Shown: in pieces, positions 1-9,867 of the stretch
Numbering within the stretch: position 1 is the stretch's first letter
Layout of the letters: each line of letters starts with the position of its first letter
NCBI GenBank assembly: GCA_951812625.1
Contig: CATOSP010000003.1
Span: forward strand, 18,417 to 82,416
Length of the DNA stretch: 64,000 nucleotides
Source of the DNA: an uncultured Dehalococcoidia bacterium
Lineage (GTDB): Bacteria; Chloroflexota; Dehalococcoidia; Lucifugimonadales; UBA3495
Direction: 5' to 3'
Program-made: the position numbers and the translations under genes
Notes under the pieces: model-generated
What the model was told of the DNA's origin: nothing
Databases searched by the model: none
What the model saw: the letters and a program-made list of their open reading frames with translations, nothing else

Positions 1-46
1 CACATCCCCCACATTCTAAACAGGCAATAGCCAGCGGAGGTTCATC

Positions 47-1543
47 ATGCCAGACCCTTATGATGTCATAGTAGTCGGCGCAGGCAACGCGGCGCTCTGC
101 GCGGCCATCGCCGCCAGGGAACGCTGCGAGTCCGTGCTTGTGGTGGAGAAAGCCCCCGAGTATTTCCGGGGCGGCAACACCTACTTCACCGGCGGAATCA
201 TCCGCTTCGCCTTCGACGGCATCGAGGACATCCAGACTGTAATCCCCGACATGTCCCCCACCGAGGTGGCGTCCGTCGAGGTCGGCAGCTACACCCAGGA
301 CCAGTTCTACGACGACATGATGCGCGTCACCCAGGGCCTCACCGACCCCGACCTGGCCCAGATCCTCGTCAGCCAGTCGCTGCCCACCATGCAGTGGCTC
401 CAGAGCAAGGGCGTCCGATTCGTCCTGTCCTACGGGCGGCAGGCGTTCAAGGACGGCGACAAGTTCCGCTTCTGGGGCGGCTTGCTGGTCGAGGCCGTAG
501 GCGCGGGCAAGGGACTGTCCGACCAGCAGTTCGACGTTGCCGAGGCCGCGGGCATCGACATCCGCTACGCCACCCAGGGAATGAGCTTGCTCCAGGACGA
601 TGCCGGAAGGGTCTCGGGCCTGCGCGTGCTGGGCCCCGACGGCTTCGAGGACATCCCCGGCCGTACCGTGGTGCTGGCGGCGGGCGGCTTTGAGGCCAAC
701 GCCGAGATGCGCTGCCGCTACCTCGGACAGGGCTGGGAACTGGTCAAGGTGCGGGGCATCCCCTACAACACCGGCGACGGCATCAAGATGGCCCTGGACG
801 TCGGCGCGCAGGCCCACGGCCACTGGAGCAGTTGCCACGCCGTGGCCTGGGACATGAACGCGCCCCCATTCGGCGACCGGGTCATCACCGAGCTCTTCCA
901 GAAGCACTCCTACCCCTTCGGCATCATCGTCAACCTGGAGGGCAACCGCTTCCTCGACGAGGGCGCCGACTTCCGCAACTACACCTACGTCACCTACGGG
1001 CGCGCCCTGCTCACCCAGCCCCAGGGCCTCGCCTTCCAGATCTTCGACGACAAGGTGAAGCACCTGCTCCGCGACGAGTACCACATCCCCCAGGTAACCA
1101 TGGCCGAGGCCAACACCATCGAGGAACTAGCCCAACGGCTCGACATCGACCCCGAGGGTCTGGCCCAAACGGTCCGGGAGTACAACGCCGCCGTGCAGCA
1201 GGACGTTCCCTACAACCCCACCGTCAAGGACGGGCGCGGCACCGTGGGCATCACCCCTCCCAAGACCAACTGGGCGCAGCCCATAGACACCCCGCCCTAC
1301 CTGGGATACGCCGTCACCTGCGGCATCACCTTCACCTTCGGCGGCGTCAAGATCGACACCCGGGGGCAGGTGGTCACCAACGGCCAGGACCCCATCCCCG
1401 GCCTCTACGCCGCGGGCGAAATGGTCGGCGGCCTCTTCTACTACAACTACCCCGGCGGCTCCGGCCTCTCTTCCGGCATGGTCTTCGGCCGCCTCGCCGG
1501 CACCAGCGCAGCCCAGGACGCAATGGCCCTCAAGGACACCTAG
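47..1543 (+). CDS. tcuA: FAD-dependent tricarballylate dehydrogenase TcuA/CobZ-like flavoprotein
   Basis: VIVVGAGNAALCAA FAD motif, GGNTYF, GITFTFGG and PIPGLYAAGEMVGGLFYYNYPGGSGL, typical of the TcuA family; RBS GGAGG upstream. Confidence 0.8.
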   Translation: MPDPYDVIVVGAGNAALCAAIAARERCESVLVVEKAPEYFRGGNTYFTGGIIRFAFDGIEDIQTVIPDMSPTEVASVEVGSYTQDQFYDDMMRVTQGLTDPDLAQILVSQSLPTMQWLQSKGVRFVLSYGRQAFKDGDKFRFWGGLLVEAVGAGKGLSDQQFDVAEAAGIDIRYATQGMSLLQDDAGRVSGLRVLGPDGFEDIPGRTVVLAAGGFEANAEMRCRYLGQGWELVKVRGIPYNTGDGIKMALDVGAQAHGHWSSCHAVAWDMNAPPFGDRVITELFQKHSYPFGIIVNLEGNRFLDEGADFRNYTYVTYGRALLTQPQGLAFQIFDDKVKHLLRDEYHIPQVTMAEANTIEELAQRLDIDPEGLAQTVREYNAAVQQDVPYNPTVKDGRGTVGITPPKTNWAQPIDTPPYLGYAVTCGITFTFGGVKIDTRGQVVTNGQDPIPGLYAAGEMVGGLFYYNYPGGSGLSSGMVFGRLAGTSAAQDAMALKDT

Positions 1544-1573
1544 GCAAGAGCGCCTCCAGCCAGAGGTAACGGC

Positions 1574-1819
1574 ATGGCAAAAACATACGAGTTCCGGGTA
1601 GTGGTGGAACCTGATGAGGACCAGTGGATCGCGTATTGCCCTGCATTGGTGAAACAGGGCGCGGTGACGGGCGGTGAAACGCGCGAGCAGGCTTTCGAGA
1701 ACATCCAGGAAGCCTTGATCATGGTTATCGAGAGTCTGATTGATCTGGGCATCCCAATCCCTGAAGATGCCCATGATGGAGCCGCAGCGCCGGAGGAACG
1801 GCTTGTTGTAGCCGTATGA
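1574..1819 (+). CDS. hicB: HicB family antitoxin
   Basis: VVVEPDED-WIAYCPAL-GAVTGGETREQAFENIQEAL fold pattern; overlaps hicA by ATGA. Confidence 0.85.
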   Translation: MAKTYEFRVVVEPDEDQWIAYCPALVKQGAVTGGETREQAFENIQEALIMVIESLIDLGIPIPEDAHDGAAAPEERLVVAV

Positions 1820-2067
1820 GCGAGATTGATTTCTCGCGTCTACGGTCCTTGACCGCTCGTCAGATTATCCGGGCGCTCCGCAGAGACGGGTTCGAATTGG
1901 TCAGGCAGAGGGGCAGCCACCAGCACTATCATCATCAGGATGGAAGATTTGTCACCGTCGCATACCATCGCCCAGGCGATACGTATCGAGTCGCCAGGCT
2001 AAGGTACATGTTGCAGGTGCAAGCAGGATGGACCGCAGATGACCTGCGCCGGTTGGGGCTGCTGTGA
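1816..2067 (+). CDS. hicA: HicA family mRNA interferase toxin
   Basis: ALRRDGFELVRQRGSHQHYHHQDGRFVTVAYH, the HicA GSH motif. Confidence 0.88.
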   Translation: MSEIDFSRLRSLTARQIIRALRRDGFELVRQRGSHQHYHHQDGRFVTVAYHRPGDTYRVARLRYMLQVQAGWTADDLRRLGLL

Positions 2068-2082
2068 GGCAAGTGTTTTCTT

Positions 2083-2385
2083 GTGCGAGTGAGAGGCCCT
2101 TTCGTAGACAACCAGTTCCTTGTTCACCTCCTTTCAACAGGACCATTGGGTTACTGGCTGTCTGCGCACGCTGCAGGTGGCATAGTGCCCAACCTCAACA
2201 ACGTGGTACTTGGGAATACACCTGCCGTTCTTCCCGATATTGCTGAACAGCGCGAGATAGCTTCCACCCTGGACTCCATCGACCGCAAGATAGACCTTCA
2301 TCGTAGCAAGCACACCGACCTAGAGGAGTTGCTTAGGGCGCTGCTGCACAATCTGATGGCGGGAGAGGTGCGCTTGGGGAGCTGA
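2083..2385 (+). pseudogene. hsdS: C-terminal remnant of a type I restriction specificity subunit (HsdS)
   Basis: LPDIAEQREIASTLDSIDRKIDL...LEELLRALLHNLMAGEVR is the HsdS conserved-region helix; N-terminus, hsdM and hsdR are absent. Confidence 0.7.
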
Positions 2386-2411
2386 ATCTTCTTGACCCTA
2401 TGGAGGATTGA

Positions 2412-4055
2412 ATGGATCTGACCATACCCAAGATCTCAGGAGAGCCGTTGATCATACCCGTTGAAGTGGGCGAGCAACTGTATGTGATTGGCGCGAACGG
2501 TACTGGGAAATCTGCGTTATTCCAGCATTGGGTTTCGTCGATGGATGTCTCCGCTGTCAAACGTATCGCCGCACACAGACAGACTTGGCTTCCATCTGGG
2601 AACCTGGACTTCACAGCGCAAAGCCGTAAACAGTTCGAACAAAACAGGATGCACTGGGACAGCCAACAGAATGCCCGATGGATGGAGCAAAGCCCTGCTG
2701 AGCGTCAGTCGGCCGTCCTTTTTGATTTGGTGGCCAAAGACAACACCCGCTATCGCGTTATTGGTCAATACATCGACGATAAGAACCCGACAGAAGCGAC
2801 TAAATTCGCTGGAAAGTCTATGTCCCCTTTCAAGCAACTCAATGACTTGCTCAACTTGGGAACACTCAAGATTTCACTCAAGAATTCTAATGACGAAGAG
2901 ATTCTGGCGCAGCGTAATGATAACGATTTGAGTTACAGCATGGCTCAAATGTCAGACGGAGAGAGAGCCGCTGCAATAATGGCAGCTAGTGTTCTTGTGG
3001 CTGATCCTGGGACTGCGTTCTTGATTGATGAACCGGAGCGTCATCTTCATCGCTCCATCATTGAACCGTTTCTATCCGCTTTATTCAGTCAACGTCAAGA
3101 TTGCGCATTCGTTATCTCAACCCATGAGATTGCGCTGCCAATCGCAAATCCAACGGCCCGGGTTATGATTTTGCGTTCATGCAGGTGGCAAGGCAGCCAG
3201 CCTGTAGCATGGGACGCCGGGCTTCTGGATTCAGGCGAGCATTTGCCTGAAGACCTCAAGCGAGACATTCTGGGGTCAAGGCGAAGAATCCTATTCGTGG
3301 AAGGCAATCCCAACAGCCTTGACCTACCGTTGTATGGTGCCTTGTTTCCAGAGTTGTCGGTTATTTCGAAGGGGAGTTGTCACGAGGTCATCAGGGCGGT
3401 TAAGGGCTTACGCGGTTCCTACGAGCATCACCACGTCGAGGCAATTGGGCTGATCGATAAAGACGACCGTACTGAGGACAAGGTCAGTGATCTCGCCCAA
3501 GACAGTGTATTTGCTTTGGACGTGTACTCAGTAGAATCGTTGTACTACTGCTCGGACGCCATCGATGCCGTGGCTCGCAGGCAAGCAGATTCCTTGGGCC
3601 GCAAATCCGATGAAATGATTTCGACGGCAATACAAAGTGCATTTAAAGTTATTGCTGATACAGACGGCCTCTCCGAAAGAATGGCCGCAAGGCGGAGCGA
3701 AAGGCTCGTATGCAACCGCTTCGCGGTACGCCTACCAGATTGGAAGGAAATCGGTGCAACTGTTGGCCAACTGACAATCAACAAATCAATAGAGAACCCG
3801 TTCCAGGATGAATTAAAGCTTTTCAACGATCTCAAAGAAGCTGGAGATCTGGACAATCTCATTAGGCGTTACCCTCTCAGGGAGAGCCGCGTGTTTGACT
3901 CGATCGCGGCGGCTCTTGAGTGCGGGAACAAGAGGAACTATGAGCGTATGGTCGTAGCGCGCTTGCGTGACGACGAGAGTCTCGCCTGCAAGCTCAAGCA
4001 GCGAATCAGTCCCCTTGCAGAGTTACTCGATGCTCAGACAAGTCATGACTCTTGA
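2412..4055 (+). CDS. ABC/AAA_21-type ATPase fused to a DUF4435/TOPRIM-like domain (fused PARIS/OLD-like defence protein)
   Basis: Walker A GANGTGKS, signature MSDGERA, Walker B LIDEPERHLH, H-loop ISTHE; C-terminal ILFVEG...GLIDKD...VESLYY TOPRIM-like motifs; lower GC. Confidence 0.72.
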   Translation: MDLTIPKISGEPLIIPVEVGEQLYVIGANGTGKSALFQHWVSSMDVSAVKRIAAHRQTWLPSGNLDFTAQSRKQFEQNRMHWDSQQNARWMEQSPAERQSAVLFDLVAKDNTRYRVIGQYIDDKNPTEATKFAGKSMSPFKQLNDLLNLGTLKISLKNSNDEEILAQRNDNDLSYSMAQMSDGERAAAIMAASVLVADPGTAFLIDEPERHLHRSIIEPFLSALFSQRQDCAFVISTHEIALPIANPTARVMILRSCRWQGSQPVAWDAGLLDSGEHLPEDLKRDILGSRRRILFVEGNPNSLDLPLYGALFPELSVISKGSCHEVIRAVKGLRGSYEHHHVEAIGLIDKDDRTEDKVSDLAQDSVFALDVYSVESLYYCSDAIDAVARRQADSLGRKSDEMISTAIQSAFKVIADTDGLSERMAARRSERLVCNRFAVRLPDWKEIGATVGQLTINKSIENPFQDELKLFNDLKEAGDLDNLIRRYPLRESRVFDSIAAALECGNKRNYERMVVARLRDDESLACKLKQRISPLAELLDAQTSHDS

Positions 4056-4195
4056 AATCATCACATCCCTCGCCGCCTCCGGCAAGTCCGAAATGCTGGA
4101 GTTCAAGGATACGACTGGAACTCGCCGTGAGGCGACCATGACGATGTGTGCTTTTCTGAACTGGAGTGGCGGGCAAGTGCTGTCGGGCGTGAGGG
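4045..4195 (+). pseudogene. N-terminal fragment of a Schlafen/AlbA_2 domain protein
   Basis: MTLEIITSLAASGKSEMLEFKDTTG...MCAFLNWSGGQVLSGV matches the AlbA_2 pattern (E-EFK...CAFLN-GG-GV); similarity stops abruptly at about 4195. Confidence 0.65.
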
Positions 4196-4199
4196 GGGA

Positions 4200-4333
4200 A
4201 GGAGCCGTGCCTGGGGATGGTGGTCTGCCTCCCGTTTGCAGGGTTGAGCCAGATCTCATGGGAACCAGACCCCCTGGCGTTCGAAGATACAGCCCAGCCT
4301 TTCCAGCTTCCGGCGTAGCTCGCGGTAAGTCAC
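4200..4333 (-). pseudogene. hicA: Frameshifted and truncated HicA toxin
   Basis: GTG start MTYRELRRKLERLGCIFERQG; after one extra G it continues SGSHEIWLNPANGRQTTIPRHG, then runs into the Schlafen remnant. Confidence 0.7.
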
Positions 4334-4575
4334 GTGGCTACCGTCATGCTTCCCTCGTGGCTCTGTTGACAGGTGATCTCCGGCGGCAGAGGTTCCCCTT
4401 TCTCCTTGCGGAGCTGGAGCATGGTCTTGGCCACTTCCCTCAGCTCCTCCAGGGTTTCCGCCGGGGTGTCGCCCCACGCCATGCAACCCTGCAGGGCCGG
4501 GATTTCTGCCCGGTACATCCAGCCGTGGTCCTCCGTTGGTTCGTGAAGGATGTAGTCCAACTGGTAAATGTCCAT
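4330..4575 (-). CDS. hicB: HicB family antitoxin
   Basis: YRAEIPALQGCMAWGDTPAETLEELRE...GEPLP. Confidence 0.85.
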   Translation of the reverse strand: MDIYQLDYILHEPTEDHGWMYRAEIPALQGCMAWGDTPAETLEELREVAKTMLQLRKEKGEPLPPEITCQQSHEGSMTVAT

Positions 4576-4748
4576 CGCTTCTTCTCCGGCTCGTGCATCC
4601 CGGGCGGGGGGATTTCCCCCATTCTGCCCTCCTGCATTGTTCCGGTCAAAGCGCTGACCGTTGCTAGGAGTCTCTTTCCGGGAGTATCGCAACCCTCCCC
4701 ACGAGCCCCAGCCAACAGGCGGACCCGAAACCAGCTATAATCGCCGCA

Positions 4749-6062
4749 ATGTCCCAGTCCACGCAGGATAAAAGCCCCGTTTTCTACGGCTGGTACATCG
4801 TCGGCGCGGTGTTTTTCGTCGCCCTCGTGTCCACCGGAGCCCGCAGCGCCATGGGCAACTTCATCGTCCCCATGAGCGACGAATTCGGCTGGAGCCGCAC
4901 CACCATCTCCATCGCCGGGGTCATGGGCGCGCTGGTCAACGGACTCTCCCAGCCCTTCCTCGGCCAGCTCTTCGACCGCACCGGCGGGCGCCGGGTCATC
5001 CTCTGGGGCATCATCGTCATCGGACTGACCACCGCGCTCCTCAGCCTCACCTTCCACATCCTGTTCCTCATCTTCATGTTCGGCATCGTCGCGTCCATCG
5101 CCTCCAGCGCATCGGGGCTGAACAACGCCGGGGCGCTGCTGGCCCGCTGGTTCCGGCGGCGCAGGGCCACCGTCATGGGCATAAGCTCCGCCGGAGCGTC
5201 CATGGGCGGACTGCTCCTCGTGCCCTTCGCCATGTATCTGCTAAACGCCACCAACTGGAGGCTCACCTGGGTCGTCCTGGGACTGGCCATCCTCCTGCTG
5301 GCCTTCCCGGTGGCCTACTTCTTCCTCAAGGAAAACCCCTCCGACATGGGACTCCAGCCCGACGGAGACCCGGACCCGCAACTGGACGCGTCGGGCAATG
5401 CCCCTGCCGAGCGTCCCACCGGACCGCTGGAAGCCCATCGGTGGAGCGATTCCTTCCGCTCCATGCCCATCTGGCAGATGTCCGCCGCCTACTTCGTCTG
5501 CGGCGCGACCACCTTCCTGCTCTCGTTTCACTTCGTGCCCTACGCCCTGGAGCGCGGCGTCTCCCCCAACACGGCGGCCACGGTCTTCGGCGTGATGCTG
5601 GGGCTGAACGTCTTCGGCTCCGTTGGCTCGGGGATGCTCTCCGACAAGTTCGGCCGGAAGAACCTGCTGGGGCTGGTCTACTTCACCCGGGGCTGCGGCT
5701 ACATGCTCCTGCTGTTCGTTCCGGGCGACGCGTCCCTGTGGATATTCGCCGTGGTTGCCGGGTTCTCCTGGTTCGCCACCCCGACGCTGACCACGTCCCT
5801 CACCGCCGACATCTACGGACTGCGGGTGCTCGGCACCATCGCCGGGGTGTCCTTCCTGTTCCACCAGCTTGGCGGAGCGGCCAGTGTCCTGCTAGCCGGA
5901 GTCCTCTACGACATCACCGGCTCCTACACCGTCCCCTTCTTCATCGCCGGGGCAATGCTCTTCCCCGCCGCCCTCGCTTCCGCAACCATCCGCGAGCGCA
6001 AATACTCCGTGCGCTACCTCCCCCCAACCCCAGCGCCCGCCCCTGCCGCCGCAGGCGGCTGA
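4749..6062 (+). CDS. MFS transporter (OFA/MCT-like)
   Basis: About 12 hydrophobic segments, FYGWYIV start, motif A GQLFDRTGGRR and SDKFGRK. Confidence 0.9.
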   Translation: MSQSTQDKSPVFYGWYIVGAVFFVALVSTGARSAMGNFIVPMSDEFGWSRTTISIAGVMGALVNGLSQPFLGQLFDRTGGRRVILWGIIVIGLTTALLSLTFHILFLIFMFGIVASIASSASGLNNAGALLARWFRRRRATVMGISSAGASMGGLLLVPFAMYLLNATNWRLTWVVLGLAILLLAFPVAYFFLKENPSDMGLQPDGDPDPQLDASGNAPAERPTGPLEAHRWSDSFRSMPIWQMSAAYFVCGATTFLLSFHFVPYALERGVSPNTAATVFGVMLGLNVFGSVGSGMLSDKFGRKNLLGLVYFTRGCGYMLLLFVPGDASLWIFAVVAGFSWFATPTLTTSLTADIYGLRVLGTIAGVSFLFHQLGGAASVLLAGVLYDITGSYTVPFFIAGAMLFPAALASATIRERKYSVRYLPPTPAPAPAAAGG

Positions 6063-6513
6063 ATAAACGAAGCCAAGATGGGATGTACATATGGAGGAGG
6101 TCAAGAAGAACGGCCGAACCGCCCTCCAATTACAGATGGAAAGTTACAGATGGAAAGGCTTCACTGCGACGGCTTAGTCGGCTTTTGGGGTCCCACAAAT
6201 GCGGATTCCACTTCAATCTGATAAACAACGGAGGCTGCTAACAATCGCTTCCTAGCATACTCCGGGGTCTCTGTGGGTCGTTCATGGGTTGGTCATACGA
6301 GCGAGCCATTCGCATTCCCTAGGCGGTGCTGCCGGTGTGTGCGAGGAGTTGTTGAGGGACGATCAGTGTCAATGGGAGGATGACGTCCATATAGTTGTCA
6401 GGGCATCAATCTGCCGCCCTATTCTAAGCGTGTGGTACGATAATGGTGCCGTCGCCGTAGCTAAAAGTATCGCTCCGGCGGCTATTTAATTGGATATGAA
6501 AGGATTAATTGTT

Positions 6514-6642
6514 ATGCCACCAAAATTTTCGGTCAGACCTATGCCGTCAAGAAAGAAAGGAAAGATTACCTTGAAGGATGCCCGCAGGGCAGTCAAGGCC
6601 GTCCGGAAGGCCAAAGAAGCCAGAGCCAAGGCAGGCCGGTGA
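6514..6642 (+). CDS. Small very basic peptide (42 aa), not in the ORF track
   Basis: MPPKFSVRPMPSRKKGKITLKDARRAVKAVRKAKEARAKAGR; AAAGGA RBS upstream; stop 9 nt before the next ATG. Confidence 0.45.
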   Translation: MPPKFSVRPMPSRKKGKITLKDARRAVKAVRKAKEARAKAGR

Positions 6643-6651
6643 TTCCTTCGT

Positions 6652-7311
6652 ATGACGACCTCCGCCGAGCGTTTCGTCTTCGTCAATTGCCCGTTCGACG
6701 AAGAATACAAGGATATGTTTAGGGCGATGGTGTTTGTGATTTACAAATGCAACTTTCGTCCTCGATGCACCTTGGAGACGGACGATGCCGGAGAGAACCG
6801 TTTCGAGAAGATAGTGAAGATCGTCGGGGAGTGCGGGTATGGGATTCACGATATCTCAAGAACCGAGCTTAATGAGAACAATCTGCCCAGATTCAATATG
6901 CCTCTTGAATTGGGTGTTTTCCTAGGTGCCAGGAAATTTGGCACAGGACCCAACCAACTCAAGAAGTGTCTCATATTCGACCGGGAGCTATTCCGTTACC
7001 AGGAGTTCATATCAGATATTGCTGGGCAAGACATTAAATCCCACGATGGGTGTACCAGGAAATTGGTCATTGAAATTAGGAACTGGCTGGCTACTTACAA
7101 TCCCGGACTCGTGGGCGGCAACGCAATGTGGAGCGAGTATCAAGAGTTCCGTCAGGACCTTCCCGAGTTGTGCGAGGCTGTCAAATTAGTCGATGATGAA
7201 CTCACCTTCATGGACCACACTCGTCTAGTTTATGCATGGTTGCAGGACCGGGAGGCTTCGCAACCTGACATTTCTTTCGGCCCATTCGCTATACATCCCC
7301 CGAATGCCTAG
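6652..7311 (+). CDS. Nucleoside 2-deoxyribosyltransferase/TIR-like fold hypothetical protein
   Basis: VFVNCPFD...YGIHDISR...PRFNMPLELGVFLG resembles the NDT/TIR-like pattern (F..PF, D.S, N..ELG); lower GC. Confidence 0.55.
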   Translation: MTTSAERFVFVNCPFDEEYKDMFRAMVFVIYKCNFRPRCTLETDDAGENRFEKIVKIVGECGYGIHDISRTELNENNLPRFNMPLELGVFLGARKFGTGPNQLKKCLIFDRELFRYQEFISDIAGQDIKSHDGCTRKLVIEIRNWLATYNPGLVGGNAMWSEYQEFRQDLPELCEAVKLVDDELTFMDHTRLVYAWLQDREASQPDISFGPFAIHPPNA

Positions 7312-7334
7312 CCAGGCCGTCATCGAGCGACTCA

Positions 7335-7952
7335 ATGCCAATGAAACTCAAGGTGCGTTATGTTTACGTTCTGGCGGCGCTCCTGGTGGTAATCGGGGCG
7401 GTCACCGCAACCACCGCGTTATTGGCCGACCCGGGAGGTTGGCCGCCTATGCGGAAAGTCGACACGCCACAGGCCCCGCCCCAGACGCCTTTAACCGAGC
7501 AGGAGAAGCAGGACGCCGTAGATATCGTATCCGCGGCGGGCGTGGTCAAGGGCATCAACGGAGACCAGGAATGGAAGCACGAATACATCTTCCGGGCCAC
7601 GATTGCAGGGACTAACGGAATCCGCCTCGAAGCCGTATGGGAGAAGCCCATTGACAGTTCGGGCCCGTGGTGGTTGGTCCAATGCCAGGGGACACGGAAG
7701 ATAATGTCGACTAGACAATGGAGCGGCGTGATTCGCCTGATGTTGTGGGTCGATATGGACAGACGGTCTGTGGTTGGCTACGTACCTTTCAGTAGGCCAG
7801 AGGAGGAATCCCCCGTTGTAGGGCCGGCATCGGAGGGCAAGACAGCCGCAGTATATGACGTTGAGACCAACGAGGTCATATATGACGGCAGCCTGAGCGG
7901 CCTGCCCAAACACGAGAAATATTGTCCCCCTGGGACTTTATATCAAGACTAA
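7335..7952 (+). CDS. Secreted/membrane-anchored hypothetical protein (paralog of 10715..11311)
   Basis: N-terminal hydrophobic signal; shares the G(V/I)V..INGxQxW, WxxP(I/V)xSxGPW and terminal CPxG..YxD motifs with its paralog. Confidence 0.65.
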   Translation: MPMKLKVRYVYVLAALLVVIGAVTATTALLADPGGWPPMRKVDTPQAPPQTPLTEQEKQDAVDIVSAAGVVKGINGDQEWKHEYIFRATIAGTNGIRLEAVWEKPIDSSGPWWLVQCQGTRKIMSTRQWSGVIRLMLWVDMDRRSVVGYVPFSRPEEESPVVGPASEGKTAAVYDVETNEVIYDGSLSGLPKHEKYCPPGTLYQD

Positions 7953-8049
7953 CAACTCTACCATAACAATCTGCGCTGCGATTTTGCGGGCCCACCTTCC
8001 AAAACGCCCCCAACCCCCACAACGCAACCCCCACCCCTGAGTAAAACAC

Positions 8050-9774
8050 CTGCGGGTCAACGAACACATACGCTACGAGCCTGACGAGGCGTCGCCTCCC
8101 TTTGCAACGCTGGGCGTTGCGCTGCAGGGCGGGCTGCTTGCCCTGTCAAACTCCATCTCCCTCGTGACCATCTTCGCGGTGGCCTCCCACGGCAGCGAGA
8201 GCTACCTGTCCTGGGTGGTATTCGCATCCCTCGTCATCGGCGGGGCTGTCACGGCCCTGCAGGCAACCACCCTTGGCCGCCTGGGATCTGGTTACATCCT
8301 CCTGATGGGACCCGCCGCCCCCTTCATGGCGGTCTGCGTCCTGGCCGTGTCGGCAGGCGGACTCCCGCTGATGTCGAGCCTCATAGTCGCCGCCTCCCTG
8401 GTCCAGTTCGCCCTGGCGTTCTGGCTGGCCCAGCTTCGCCGCATCATCACGCCCGTCGTGTCCGGCGTCGCCTTCATGGTGATAGCCGCTTCCGCCATGC
8501 CTATAGGCGTTGCCAGGCTGGACGATGTGCCCGCTGGCCTGTCCCCGCTGGCGGGACCGGCGGTGGGAGCGGCCACACTGTTCGCCGCCGCGGTCCTGAT
8601 GCTGCGCGGCTCGGGTATCTGGCGGCTGCTGGCAATCCCCATAACCATACTTGTGGGCTGCGTTGTCGCCGTTCCCCTTGGCGCGTACGACTTCCGGGGA
8701 GCCCTCGACGCCCCGTGGTTTGCCCTCCCGGAGTTCTCGGCGTGGCCCGGCCTGGGCCATCTGGATACGCATTTCCTGGCCCTCCTGCCCGCGTTCCTCA
8801 TCGTCAGCGTCGTGGTGGCCATCAAGGCCGGCAACGAGGGCGCAGCGATTCAACAGGTCTCCTGGCGCAGACCCCGGGCCATCGACTTCCGCGGCGTGCA
8901 GGGCACGCTGAACGCGGGCGGCGTGGGAGTCCTGCTGTCCGGAATCGCGGGGATGCTTCCCGTGCTCATTTACCTGCCGTCATCCATGGCGTTGATCGGC
9001 TTTACAGGCGTCGCCGCGCGCCGTACGGGGTACGTCATCGGGGCCATGCTGATCGGCCTGGCCCTGCTGCCCAAGGTGGTGGCCCTCCTCCTGACAATAC
9101 CGCGACCGGTGACCGGGGCAATCCTGATGGTCGTGATGGGGCTGCTCTTCGTGGAGGGAGTCCGCACCGTCCTCCAGGACGGTTTCAATCAGCAGAAAGC
9201 CGTCATCGTCGCGGTTTCGCTCTCCATAGGTATCGGTTTACGGGCCGAGAACATCCTGACCGATGCTTTGGGCAGCCCCTGGGGTGTGGCCTTCGGGAAC
9301 AGCATCGTTGTCGGCGTGCTGGCCGCGGTCCTGATGTCCGTGGTCATGGACATGACCGTTTCCCGACGCAGGCGCATGGAGGCCGAGTTGGACATAGAGG
9401 CCCTGCCCGCAATCGACAGCTTCCTGCGTGAACTCGCCGGCAGGGTGGGATGGGACCAGGCCGCGACAGACCGGCTGTGCGCTGCGGGTGAGGAGACCCT
9501 GTCCAGCATGTTGCAATTGCGCGACGACTACGAGGAAGACCAGCCGCCGCGCCTCGTAATCATTGCCCGTCACCGCGCCGGGTCGGTGGAGATGGAATTT
9601 CTGGCGGTATCCCCCGAGGAGAACATCGAAGACCGCATCGCCTACATGAGCGAGCAGGCCGAGGCGCCCGACGTGAGCGAAATATCATTCCGCTTGCTGC
9701 GCCACTACGCATCTTCCGTGCGCCACAGAAAATATCACGGTATTGACATAGTAACGGTGCAGGTCGATGCTTAA
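8050..9774 (+). CDS. NCS2 (xanthine/uracil permease) family transporter with a C-terminal soluble HATPase/anti-sigma-like domain
   Basis: IRYEPDE N-terminal motif in frame upstream of the listed GTG; RRIITPVVSG, GFTGVAARR and IPRPVTGA NCS2 motifs; tail RLCAAGEETL...ISFRLLRHYASSVRHRKYHGIDIVTV; probable CTG start because there is an in-frame stop at 8038. Confidence 0.75.
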   Translation: MRVNEHIRYEPDEASPPFATLGVALQGGLLALSNSISLVTIFAVASHGSESYLSWVVFASLVIGGAVTALQATTLGRLGSGYILLMGPAAPFMAVCVLAVSAGGLPLMSSLIVAASLVQFALAFWLAQLRRIITPVVSGVAFMVIAASAMPIGVARLDDVPAGLSPLAGPAVGAATLFAAAVLMLRGSGIWRLLAIPITILVGCVVAVPLGAYDFRGALDAPWFALPEFSAWPGLGHLDTHFLALLPAFLIVSVVVAIKAGNEGAAIQQVSWRRPRAIDFRGVQGTLNAGGVGVLLSGIAGMLPVLIYLPSSMALIGFTGVAARRTGYVIGAMLIGLALLPKVVALLLTIPRPVTGAILMVVMGLLFVEGVRTVLQDGFNQQKAVIVAVSLSIGIGLRAENILTDALGSPWGVAFGNSIVVGVLAAVLMSVVMDMTVSRRRRMEAELDIEALPAIDSFLRELAGRVGWDQAATDRLCAAGEETLSSMLQLRDDYEEDQPPRLVIIARHRAGSVEMEFLAVSPEENIEDRIAYMSEQAEAPDVSEISFRLLRHYASSVRHRKYHGIDIVTVQVDA

Positions 9775-9867
9775 ATGTATCTGGGACTGACCGGAGCGCT
9801 GCCATCTTGCTGTGGACGCTCCGGGAGGACCAATTCGGAAACCGATAGGTGAGGAGAGGTTGTTGAC

